From a virus (taxonomy: Duplodnaviria > Caudoviricetes): a DNA stretch of 58,778 nucleotides. The notes beneath the pieces were generated by a model. The model had not been told where the DNA came from. It was given only the letters and a program-made list of their open reading frames with translations, and ran no database searches. Positions 17,838-26,577 of the stretch are shown piece after piece (within the stretch, counting starts at the first letter, position 1; every line of letters begins with the position of its first letter). Position numbers and translations under genes: made by a program. The DNA lies in IMG/VR virus record IMGVR_UViG_3300037847_006237, positions 1 to 58,778 of that record, one strand, 5' to 3'.

Positions 17838-18276
17838 GTTTTTACAGTCTATTGAAGACTGGAAGCGTTCTAAGTATTTAGTAGAAGTTGAGCCTCCAGA
17901 AGAAGTTTCCAATATTATCAATGCTAATTACGAAGACATGAGGTCTTTGACTTCCGAAGAGTGTAACATATACAGCTTTAGACTATATGCCTATGCAGAG
18001 TATATAGAGACACAATTAGCCAAAGAAAAAAACGCTTTAGAGTGGGCAGATTCCTCTATCTGGTTTATAATAGGTAGCACGATGAACCAATACGGAGACG
18101 GTTGGACGAAGTGGCAGCAAAAGTATTTTGCAGCAGTCAAAGAAAACCCTCTAGCTTCTGAAATATTGAAAGTCAAAAATCACGCAGAGGCTAGAGTTAG
18201 AACGCTAGAAGGTAAAAACAGCAGAATTATTAAGATGGCAGAAATATTAACGAATATGGCTAGGAGAAAACAATGA
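17812..18276 (+). CDS. Helical/coiled-coil protein, possible recombination mediator (UvsY-like)
   Basis: Mostly helical 154-aa protein near recA; function is inferred from context only. Confidence 0.35.
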   Translation: MSGEEKLNEFLQSIEDWKRSKYLVEVEPPEEVSNIINANYEDMRSLTSEECNIYSFRLYAYAEYIETQLAKEKNALEWADSSIWFIIGSTMNQYGDGWTKWQQKYFAAVKENPLASEILKVKNHAEARVRTLEGKNSRIIKMAEILTNMARRKQ

Positions 18277-18701
18277 GTCAAGACATTGTAGAAACATTAT
18301 TGAATATGATGACAGAAGAGCAAAAGGCGGAACTTGTAAAAAAACTTCAAAGTTCAGACCTTGAAGCTCGCGATGTCGATAAGACAGAGAAAGAGGTTAA
18401 ACCTCCACAGCAAGAAACAAGAGTTTCAGACGACTTTACAATGAAAAGAGACAAGCCTAAGCAAAACTCTACACAATTAGAGGTTAAAAAAAGAGAAAAC
18501 CTTTTTGTAGACGATGGAACAGAGCATAAAAACGAAGCAAACAAAACACCAGAAGTTGTTCCTACGGCTAGGTCTAGACCTAAATTTCAAAAGGTTGAAC
18601 AGGTCTGTAATTATTGCAATAAGTCAGAAATGGTTCATCCACAATTTGTAAGAGAGTTTTATACTTGCCTAAGATGCGCGAGCGGTGGAGTAAAGAGATG
18701 A
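18273..18701 (+). CDS. Hypothetical protein with a C-terminal zinc ribbon
   Basis: CNYC...CLRC at the C-terminus; ATGA-coupled to dnaB. Confidence 0.55.
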   Translation: MSQDIVETLLNMMTEEQKAELVKKLQSSDLEARDVDKTEKEVKPPQQETRVSDDFTMKRDKPKQNSTQLEVKKRENLFVDDGTEHKNEANKTPEVVPTARSRPKFQKVEQVCNYCNKSEMVHPQFVREFYTCLRCASGGVKR

Positions 18702-20146
18702 AAAACAATCTGCAAGACTTGGCGTCTGAAAGGGCTGTCTTAGCTTCTCTATGTCAATTTGGGCTAGACTCTTATCTTGAGATGGATTTTGTAGAGGAGA
18801 GTCACTTTACAGATGAGATGAATCAGCTAATCTTTAGCTGTATCTATAAAGTTGTTTCTGAAAATTTAAAAGTAGAACTTTCTTCTATACTATCTGCCGC
18901 GAATACTTTGGGCATGGAAGAAGTCATAAACACAAAAGAGGAAATATCTTTTGTTAGATCTCTGTTTAATTTTCCAGTACATAAAGACAACGCCCAAGCA
19001 CACGCAGCAAAACTTGCCAAGCTAAAGCTAGCCAGAGACTTTAAAAAGACAATATCTTTATGTTCAAAAGATTTAGATAACATTACTGGCGAAGAAGATA
19101 TTATGGATCTTATCTCCAAGGTGGAGAGTCCCATTCTAGATGCTACCGCTGACGTATATCAATCTTCTGGAAACAAAACAGAACTTATCGGAGATGAAAT
19201 TGATGAATATTTAGAATATCTTTCAGAAAACGTTTCCGACTTTGTAGGAATACCTACCGGCTTTGATAGATACGATCAGGCTATTGGTGGAGGTCTTAGA
19301 AGGAAGTGTGTAGATCTCATCGCCGCCCGTCCTAAAGTAGGCAAGTCTATGTTTGGTGATGCCGTTGCTGTAAACATAGCGAAGAAAAATATTCCGGTTC
19401 TTGTCTTGGACACAGAAATGTCAAAGAAAGATCACTGGAACAGAATGCTTGCGTGTTTGAGCGGAGTAGAAACCAAAAGGATATCAACCGGAAAGTTTAC
19501 AGAGAATGAAATTGAAAAAGAAAAGGTTACTAAGGCAGCAGAAGAATTAAAGACTATACCATATCACTATATAAATATCTCCGGTCAACCATTTGAAAAC
19601 ATACTTGGAATTATGAGAAAATGGATTTACCAACACGTTGGATTTGATGAGAATGGCGAAACAAATGACTGTGCTATAATTTACGATTACTTGAAACTTA
19701 TGGACTCTAGCGCCATTTCTAGTAACGTTGCAGAATTTCAAGTCTTAGGATTTCAAATTACCAAGCTTCACAACTTTATGGTTAAGTATGACGTTCCATG
19801 TCTAGCTTTCGTGCAGCTTAACAGGGACGGTATTACAAAAGAAACAACGGATGTTATATCTGGTTCAGATAGGCTTGTTTGGCTCTGTACTAGTTTTTCA
19901 ATCTTTAAACGTAAGTCTGATGAAGAAATGGCGGAGGACAACATAAGAAACGGAGATAGAAAAATTGTAACAGTAGAGACTAGACATGGCGAGGGTATGC
20001 AAGATGGAAACTATGTTAGTGTAAAAATGTTTGGTTCCATAGGTAAAATTGAAGAAGGTTTAAGTAGAGACGAGATACATAATAATGCAAGATCAAGAGA
20101 AGAAGGCTTTGAAACAGACGAAGAGCAAGACGCTATCCCAGCCTGA
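18698..20146 (+). CDS. dnaB: Replicative DNA helicase, DnaB family
   Basis: SERAVL N-terminal domain, GIPTGF..D...GG, AARPKVGKS, DTEMS, IYDYLKLM, QLNR, RHG. Confidence 0.93.
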   Translation: MKNNLQDLASERAVLASLCQFGLDSYLEMDFVEESHFTDEMNQLIFSCIYKVVSENLKVELSSILSAANTLGMEEVINTKEEISFVRSLFNFPVHKDNAQAHAAKLAKLKLARDFKKTISLCSKDLDNITGEEDIMDLISKVESPILDATADVYQSSGNKTELIGDEIDEYLEYLSENVSDFVGIPTGFDRYDQAIGGGLRRKCVDLIAARPKVGKSMFGDAVAVNIAKKNIPVLVLDTEMSKKDHWNRMLACLSGVETKRISTGKFTENEIEKEKVTKAAEELKTIPYHYINISGQPFENILGIMRKWIYQHVGFDENGETNDCAIIYDYLKLMDSSAISSNVAEFQVLGFQITKLHNFMVKYDVPCLAFVQLNRDGITKETTDVISGSDRLVWLCTSFSIFKRKSDEEMAEDNIRNGDRKIVTVETRHGEGMQDGNYVSVKMFGSIGKIEEGLSRDEIHNNARSREEGFETDEEQDAIPA

Positions 20147-21185
20147 AATAGCTAAAGTCTGCGATATGCTCTCAGAGCGTGTAGATGAACTGCTAGACAG
20201 GTTTGGCGTAGATTACGTAGAATATCCAAACAGATTTTCTTTTCCTTGTCCAGTGCATGGTGGAGATAGTCCAGAGGGATGTACGGTTTTTACAGATGGA
20301 GATACCGTTAAAGGAAATTGGAAATGTTGGACTTGTCATTGCGAAGAAGAATGGAAAGATAATATATTTGGATTTGTAAGAGGTTCGCTATCTTACCAAA
20401 AAGGAAGAAGCGTTTCTCTTAACGAAGCTTTTAGTTTTTGCTTAGAGTTTTTAGGTGAGTCTAAAATAGACATTGATGAAAATAGGCATGTAACAAACAA
20501 CAAAAAATCTAAGCTTTTAGATCTTTTTCAAAAGAAATATACTAGCCCAGAGCAAAAGTTTTCCAGAGACAGCATACAGAAGAAGTTAGACATTCCTTCT
20601 TCTTATTATATAGATAGAGGATATAAGAAAGAAACACTAATTACTTTTGACGTTGGCGACTGCTCAGAGGTCGGAAAGCCTATGTACAAAAGGGCCGTGG
20701 TTCCCATCTACGACATAAACTACAGCTATCTAGGTTGCGTCGGCAGAGATACAACAGATAAGTCTAAGCAGAAATGGCTTCATAGTAAAGGATTTAAGAA
20801 AAATTCACTATACGGCATAAATATTGCAAAAGATTTTATGAAAGATAGGTTTAAATACCCAACCCTCTTTATATTAGAGGGACAGGGTGACGTTTGGAGA
20901 ATGCACGAATCTGGGTACAAAAACTCCGTAAGTATTTTCGGATCTGCTTTAAGTGATGACCAGCTAGTTTTGCTAGAAGAGGTCGGCGTTATGAATCTTA
21001 TAATTCTTACAGACTATGATGAAGCGGGCAAGAAGGCAGCAAAACAGATAGTCCAAAAAGGAGGAAGAAGATTCAACTACTACAGACCAACAATATCAAC
21101 AAAAGATGTGGGAGACATGTCTATTGAGGAATTGAATTTAGAATTAAATCCACAGTTAAGCGATATGGAGACAATAAGAATATGA
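20085..21185 (+). CDS. dnaG: DNA primase (zinc-binding domain + TOPRIM)
   Basis: CPVH...WKCWTC zinc finger, VVPIYD, VGR, LYGI, ILEGQGD, DYDEAG, KDVGD. Confidence 0.88.
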   Translation: MQDQEKKALKQTKSKTLSQPEIAKVCDMLSERVDELLDRFGVDYVEYPNRFSFPCPVHGGDSPEGCTVFTDGDTVKGNWKCWTCHCEEEWKDNIFGFVRGSLSYQKGRSVSLNEAFSFCLEFLGESKIDIDENRHVTNNKKSKLLDLFQKKYTSPEQKFSRDSIQKKLDIPSSYYIDRGYKKETLITFDVGDCSEVGKPMYKRAVVPIYDINYSYLGCVGRDTTDKSKQKWLHSKGFKKNSLYGINIAKDFMKDRFKYPTLFILEGQGDVWRMHESGYKNSVSIFGSALSDDQLVLLEEVGVMNLIILTDYDEAGKKAAKQIVQKGGRRFNYYRPTISTKDVGDMSIEELNLELNPQLSDMETIRI

Positions 21186-22039
21186 CTAGAATTTTAGCTA
21201 TTGCAGGAAGAAAACAGTCGGGCAAATCTACGCTCTGTAATTTTCTTCATGGATACCAAATGAGATGTTTTGATATTATAAAAGACTTTGTAATAACAAA
21301 CGAAGGGGATCTTTTCGTAAATGCTGGACTGGGAGAAGACGGCAAAGAGGAAGATAGTTTTCTTAAACTAGACATATCAAGAAGAGATGAAGAATTTTTA
21401 CATTGGGCAGAAGGTGTTATGTTTCCATTTGTAAAAAGATATAGTTTCGCAAGCGAACTGAAAAAGATGTGTGCAGATCTTTTCGATATTCCTCATGAGT
21501 GCGTATACGGCACAGACGAGCAGAAGAATCAACTCCAAGAACACCTAAGATGGGAGAATATGCCAAGGTTTCAAAACATGAACCTTATGGTAAAAATGCC
21601 AATTGACGCAAAGAAAAGCTGGGACTGGCGAGAAGGGCCAATGACCGCTCGCGAGTTTATGCAATTCTTTGGTACAGATGTTATGCGTAAAATCTGGGAA
21701 CCTATATGGATTAACAGAACCATAAAAAAAATCAGTCAAGAAAAACCTCTTTTGGCAGTAATTGATGACATGAGATTTACAGACGAACTTTTAAAGATCA
21801 AAGAACATTGGGGAGATCTTAGTATGTGTGTAGGTCTTACTAGAAAAGTTAAGGAGGACAGTCATTCTAGCGAAAACGCAGATCCTGTGATTAGTGCCTG
21901 TGATCTAATTATAGACAATTCAACAATGACTATCAACGAAGTAAGCAAAGAATTGATATCTAATCTAGACAGCAGCGGCTGGCTTGGAGACGATATGTCT
22001 AAGCTGAAAAAGACTCCAATACACCAGATAAGGGAATAA
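21182..22039 (+). CDS. Deoxynucleoside monophosphate kinase (T4 gp1-like)
   Basis: IAGRKQSGKST, SFA..LK, TAREFMQFFGTDVMR, IDDMRF.E, HSSE. Confidence 0.82.
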   Translation: MTRILAIAGRKQSGKSTLCNFLHGYQMRCFDIIKDFVITNEGDLFVNAGLGEDGKEEDSFLKLDISRRDEEFLHWAEGVMFPFVKRYSFASELKKMCADLFDIPHECVYGTDEQKNQLQEHLRWENMPRFQNMNLMVKMPIDAKKSWDWREGPMTAREFMQFFGTDVMRKIWEPIWINRTIKKISQEKPLLAVIDDMRFTDELLKIKEHWGDLSMCVGLTRKVKEDSHSSENADPVISACDLIIDNSTMTINEVSKELISNLDSSGWLGDDMSKLKKTPIHQIRE

Positions 22040-22040
22040 A

Positions 22041-23063
22041 ATGATAGCTACATACATCAGGTCTTCCAGCTATGGAAACTATGAATTTTGCCAAATGCAA
22101 TACTTTATGACTTATGTTTTAGGATATAGGTCTGAATCTGGCAAGAAGGCTCAACAAGGTACTGCGTGTCACAAGGTGATGGAGTGTCTTGCGGCGTGTA
22201 AAAAAGAACTACAAGAAAATCCAGAATCTAAAAATTTAAAGATAGTAGACGACGCTATTGGGGAAGTAGAGTTTACTCCTAGAAAACTAGGAACAAAAAA
22301 GTTTGTAGCGCAACTAATGAAAGATAGTTATGAACACTACACTTCACAAGATAGTCACAAGTATTATCCTGCTGATTTTAAGTTTTGTGAGAAGCAAGTG
22401 GAGACAGCGTTGACCTTTAACGATGGTCAGTTTGACCCAAGAAAAAGGACTATAGTAGATACAGAACCCACGTTCGACATACCTATTGAAGAAGAGTGGG
22501 CAAAGTATGAATACGAAATGCCAAACGGAGAGACTATAAAAGGCAACTTAGCTATAAAAGGAACAATCGACTTAGTTACGAGCGTTTCTGACAGCGTAAT
22601 CGAAGTCATTGACTGGAAAACCGGACAGAGAAAAAACTGGGCAACCGGAGAGGTTAAAGACTATGACAAGCTAACTAAAGACCCACAACTACTACTTTAT
22701 AACTATGCAATATCAAAACTTTATCCACAATACGATCAATCTATCATGTCCATATTTTTCACTAGGGACGGTGGACCTTTTAGCATGTGCTTTGACGATT
22801 CTGATCAAAGAAGTTTTCTAGACATGCTTCGGGTTAGATATGAAGAGATCAAGAAAAACATTAAGCCTAAACCAATAAGCGAAAAAAGGCTAGACTTTAG
22901 ATGTCAAAAGCTGTGCCATTTTTATAAGAACAACTGGCCCGGAACCAATACAACAATGTGTCAATATGTAGAAAATAAAATTCATACAATTGGCTACGAA
23001 CAAACAGTAAAAGAATGCACTAAAGAAGGTTTCAACATAGGATATTACGAGGCACCGGGATAA
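22041..23063 (+). CDS. PD-(D/E)xK exonuclease, Cas4/AddB-like with a putative 4Fe-4S staple
   Basis: N-terminal FCQMQY, GTACH, KGTIDL, IDWKTG, QLLLY, and C-terminal RCQKLC...MC. Confidence 0.8.
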   Translation: MIATYIRSSSYGNYEFCQMQYFMTYVLGYRSESGKKAQQGTACHKVMECLAACKKELQENPESKNLKIVDDAIGEVEFTPRKLGTKKFVAQLMKDSYEHYTSQDSHKYYPADFKFCEKQVETALTFNDGQFDPRKRTIVDTEPTFDIPIEEEWAKYEYEMPNGETIKGNLAIKGTIDLVTSVSDSVIEVIDWKTGQRKNWATGEVKDYDKLTKDPQLLLYNYAISKLYPQYDQSIMSIFFTRDGGPFSMCFDDSDQRSFLDMLRVRYEEIKKNIKPKPISEKRLDFRCQKLCHFYKNNWPGTNTTMCQYVENKIHTIGYEQTVKECTKEGFNIGYYEAPG

Positions 23064-23923
23064 TGGCAGAATTAATTGATTTAAAGGGCGATTTTGATAA
23101 AGGCAACAAGTTCCTGCTAGAAACCTCTGAATTTTTAGCGGGTTCGCTGGATGACTCATACAGGGTGGTCGTTAAGTATGACTTAGGACCATTAGATATT
23201 CCCAATGACGATAAAAAAAATATTGTTTTTGCATTATCTAGAGAAGTTCATTTACCTCCAAAAGATATTCATGATCCAAGAGTTCATTACATTTTTCATA
23301 ATTATCCTGAATTAGATATGTGGGGTTATCCTACTGAAATTTCTAAAGTTTTTCCAGTGCCTATTGGTACATTCTTAGACGATGATGACTCAATAAATAT
23401 AAAAACAATTCTAGAAAGAGAATATGATTTTGTTTTCATTGGACAAATACCACATACCGGAACCAGAGATAAATTCAAGAAGTGTTTAGATAAATTTCTA
23501 GAAAGTTCTGGACACAACTTTAAATATAAAGTAGTTTATACAGACGGATTCGCCAGAGGTCTAAAAGGTAAAGAATATCTTGAGTTATTGGCAAACTCCA
23601 AGCTGTGTCTTTGCCCAACTGGAGCGACTAGCGAGGAGACGTTCCGATTTTTTGAGGCGCTAAAAATGGGATGCTTTCCGGTCTTAGAAAGACTACCCAA
23701 GTTTTGGTATTACTTAAACGCGCCATTTTTTACTGGTAAATGGGAATTTTTGGACCATACCATCAACCAAACGTTAAATTTTTTACATAATCCTAAGAAT
23801 AAAGCTGTGTTTATGTCTCTAGCAAGATATAATATGACAGTATTGGACCCCAAACATTTGTCACTCATTTTGAAATCTAAAATTGATGAATTTGATACCA
23901 CTAAATTGCAAGACCCACTATAG
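23063..23923 (+). CDS. Exostosin-like (GT47) glycosyltransferase
   Basis: REYDFVFIG, EYLELLANSKLCLCPTG..SEETFRFFEAL..GCFPV. Confidence 0.7.
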   Translation: MAELIDLKGDFDKGNKFLLETSEFLAGSLDDSYRVVVKYDLGPLDIPNDDKKNIVFALSREVHLPPKDIHDPRVHYIFHNYPELDMWGYPTEISKVFPVPIGTFLDDDDSINIKTILEREYDFVFIGQIPHTGTRDKFKKCLDKFLESSGHNFKYKVVYTDGFARGLKGKEYLELLANSKLCLCPTGATSEETFRFFEALKMGCFPVLERLPKFWYYLNAPFFTGKWEFLDHTINQTLNFLHNPKNKAVFMSLARYNMTVLDPKHLSLILKSKIDEFDTTKLQDPL

Positions 23924-25499
23924 TCTTTTGAAAGGCTTCTGCAAACCTGAGAAGCTGGCTTATAAATGTTCAGAATTAGATCTTGAAGCTTGCGGAATTG
24001 CTGACTACAAGACCGTTTCTGGGGCTATCGAATTTCATGAATCCTGCACCCAGAACGGTGTCAAACCTATCATAGGTTGCGATTACGGAGACTTCTGCCT
24101 CTATGCTAAAAATAGAAAGGGGTGGATAGAACTTATGCAGATAGTAGGCTTGGTAGAGGATAGCGTAAATGTCATAGATATTTTTAACATAGCCAAGAAC
24201 GGGAACCTGATATGCGTTACAAGCTCTACAACTATCATGAAAGCTTGGGAAAAGATAACTAAATTTAAAAATCTTTTATTTAAGTATGACTATAAGAAAA
24301 GAGAAGTCTTGTATGTATCTAAAGAAGAAGTAGACGCGCATAGAGTCGTGCTTTGCTCTGGCATGAAGCTGACTTTGCCAAAAGTAGAGAGAAAGATAAG
24401 TAAAAAAGAAGATTTTGAAAACAGTAAGTATTTTACTAAAGACGGTTTTCATCTTCCGCAAGTCACGAAATCTAAAAAAGAATGCGAACTAGTAAAACAA
24501 ATAGCGGATATGTGTGAAACTTACGATGTAAAAAGCAAGCCTATGCTACCTAGTTTCTCATGTCCTAAAGGTTTTACAGAAGATGAGTATCTAAAGGATT
24601 TGTGTAGAGGTGGATGGAAAGAAAAGCTGGTTCCTCAAGGCAAGGTTTCTAATGTCCAGAACAAGCAAGAGTATCTAGAAAGAGTAAAAATTGAGCTAGA
24701 AGTTATCTTTAAGGCCAGACTAAGCGGATACTTTCTAATCGTTCAAGACATCGTGAATTATGTAAAGAATAAAGGCTGGCTCGCTGGACCGGGAAGAGGC
24801 TCTGCTGCTGGCTGTCTTGTTTCATACCTTTTGGGAATTACAGAAGTAGACCCTATTGAGTTTGATTTGCTATTCGAGCGTTTTTACAACGAGGGAAGAA
24901 ATACAGAAGATCATGTATCTCTTCCAGATATAGATGTAGACGTTCCTGCGGAGCATAGAGACGAGGTTATTGACTATATCAAAGAAAAATATGGTAAAGA
25001 AAACGTATCGCAAATGGTAACATACGGTAGGCTACAAGGAAGGTCTGCGCTTAAAGAGGTTATGAGAATCAACGACAATGTAAGCTTTTCCGAAATGAAT
25101 GAGATAACGGACTGCATACCAGACGAAGCGATGATTTCTGACCAGCTAGAGTTGATGGATAAAGAAGACAGGTCTATAATTAGGTGGGCATTAATCAATG
25201 AGGCTAGCAATCTTAAAAAATGGTGCTATATTGATGAAGAAGGAAACCTAGCTGGGCCTATGTCTGAAACTTTTAAACAGGCTATGATTATCGAGGGTAC
25301 AAATAAGTCTCAAGGTAAGCATCCTGCCGGTGTAATTATTTCTAAATATAAATTAAATCAAGTATGTCCTATGGTTACTGATAAAAGCGGTAAAAAGATT
25401 GTACAATTTGAGATGGTTGCCCTTGAGACTCAGGGGCATGTTAAATTCGATATTTTGGGTATCGACTTGTTAAGTAAAATTATGGAGATTTGCAAATGA
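23886..25499 (+). CDS. dnaE: DNA polymerase III alpha (DnaE), N-terminal half: degenerate PHP + palm/thumb
   Basis: THYSLLKG, VKPIIG, YFLIVQD, GPGRGSAAG.LVSY.LGIT.VDP, LFERF, PDIDVD, HPAGVII, VKFDILG, then a stop. Confidence 0.93.
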   Translation: MNLIPLNCKTHYSLLKGFCKPEKLAYKCSELDLEACGIADYKTVSGAIEFHESCTQNGVKPIIGCDYGDFCLYAKNRKGWIELMQIVGLVEDSVNVIDIFNIAKNGNLICVTSSTTIMKAWEKITKFKNLLFKYDYKKREVLYVSKEEVDAHRVVLCSGMKLTLPKVERKISKKEDFENSKYFTKDGFHLPQVTKSKKECELVKQIADMCETYDVKSKPMLPSFSCPKGFTEDEYLKDLCRGGWKEKLVPQGKVSNVQNKQEYLERVKIELEVIFKARLSGYFLIVQDIVNYVKNKGWLAGPGRGSAAGCLVSYLLGITEVDPIEFDLLFERFYNEGRNTEDHVSLPDIDVDVPAEHRDEVIDYIKEKYGKENVSQMVTYGRLQGRSALKEVMRINDNVSFSEMNEITDCIPDEAMISDQLELMDKEDRSIIRWALINEASNLKKWCYIDEEGNLAGPMSETFKQAMIIEGTNKSQGKHPAGVIISKYKLNQVCPMVTDKSGKKIVQFEMVALETQGHVKFDILGIDLLSKIMEICK

Positions 25500-25720
25500 A
25501 AGCCACACAAGAAGATTATAAATCAGTTATTTTCTCTGGTTGCTCTATTGATTGCAAAGGTGTTTCGATATGTAATCTTTCCAACCACTACAATAGACTT
25601 GTTAGTACAAACGAGTACCAAGTTTGGTCGGATAGAAATAAAGAATATCACCTTTTCAAAAATATAGACGAGGCCGTTAATAAATTTTTAGAACTAACAA
25701 ATAAAAGAAGAAGAGCTTAG
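25496..25720 (+). CDS. Hypothetical protein between the DnaE halves
   Basis: 74-aa ORF, ATGA-coupled to dnaE-N with GGAG RBS. Confidence 0.6.
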   Translation: MKATQEDYKSVIFSGCSIDCKGVSICNLSNHYNRLVSTNEYQVWSDRNKEYHLFKNIDEAVNKFLELTNKRRRA

Positions 25721-25721
25721 T

Positions 25722-26417
25722 ATGAATTATAGAGACATTATCGTTTTTGACTTTGAGACCACGGGTCAGAACCCATATAAATGCCAGCCAACACAGATTG
25801 CCGCCGTAGCTATTCATGCTCGTAAGCTAGAGCTACAGCCGGGAGGCGTGTTTGAGAGTAAAATGCGATGCATTGTAGACGATGAAGAGGCTATCGCTGC
25901 GGGTTTTGATCCCATAGAAGACAAAGCCTTAGAAGTTACTAGAAAAACCAGAGAAGAGATTTCAAAGGGACCGCTACCAAAAACCGTATGGAATAAATTT
26001 GCTAATTTTTGTAACGAATATAACTTTAAAAAGACCAGCTACTACGCACCGATTGCGGCAGGATACAACATTAACGGCTTTGATATGCCTATTGTTGATC
26101 GAATGTGTGAGAAGTATGGCCCCGTGGACAAAAAGAGAAACAGGCAAGGAATTTTTAATCCTATCTTCACAATAGACGTTATGCAACATATCTACTGCTG
26201 GTTTGAGAACAATCAAGAAGTTAAAGGTTATGGCATGGACTACATGCGTGACTACTTTGGAATGTCTCAAGAAAGCAAAGACAAAGCGCACGACGCTTTG
26301 CAAGACGTTAAAGACACTGCAAATTTGATGATTAAATTTATGAAATTCCAAAGAACGCTTTTAGAAAAGACAAAGTTCCAGAAAGCGTTTGCTAATGGTG
26401 AAGTCTATGTCAAGTAG
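25722..26417 (+). CDS. DEDDh 3'-5' exonuclease (DnaQ/epsilon-like)
   Basis: ExoI VFDFETTG, ExoII GYNINGFD, ExoIII HDALQD. Confidence 0.9.
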   Translation: MNYRDIIVFDFETTGQNPYKCQPTQIAAVAIHARKLELQPGGVFESKMRCIVDDEEAIAAGFDPIEDKALEVTRKTREEISKGPLPKTVWNKFANFCNEYNFKKTSYYAPIAAGYNINGFDMPIVDRMCEKYGPVDKKRNRQGIFNPIFTIDVMQHIYCWFENNQEVKGYGMDYMRDYFGMSQESKDKAHDALQDVKDTANLMIKFMKFQRTLLEKTKFQKAFANGEVYVK

Positions 26418-26577
26418 TAAAAAAATTAGAATTTCCGACGTTCATGGAAACCATACATACGTAGACTTAGACGAATTAGTAGACTTTTATAAAAAGCAGA
26501 AGAAATTCGTAGAAAAGCTTGAAAAACAAATAAAGGATGCAGAAATTGACCTACGGAAAGAGGAAGATGAAAAATAA
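26407..26577 (+). CDS. Small coiled-coil protein
   Basis: 56-aa ORF bridging the exonuclease and dnaE-C with overlaps at both ends. Confidence 0.45.
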   Translation: MSSSKKIRISDVHGNHTYVDLDELVDFYKKQKKFVEKLEKQIKDAEIDLRKEEDEK

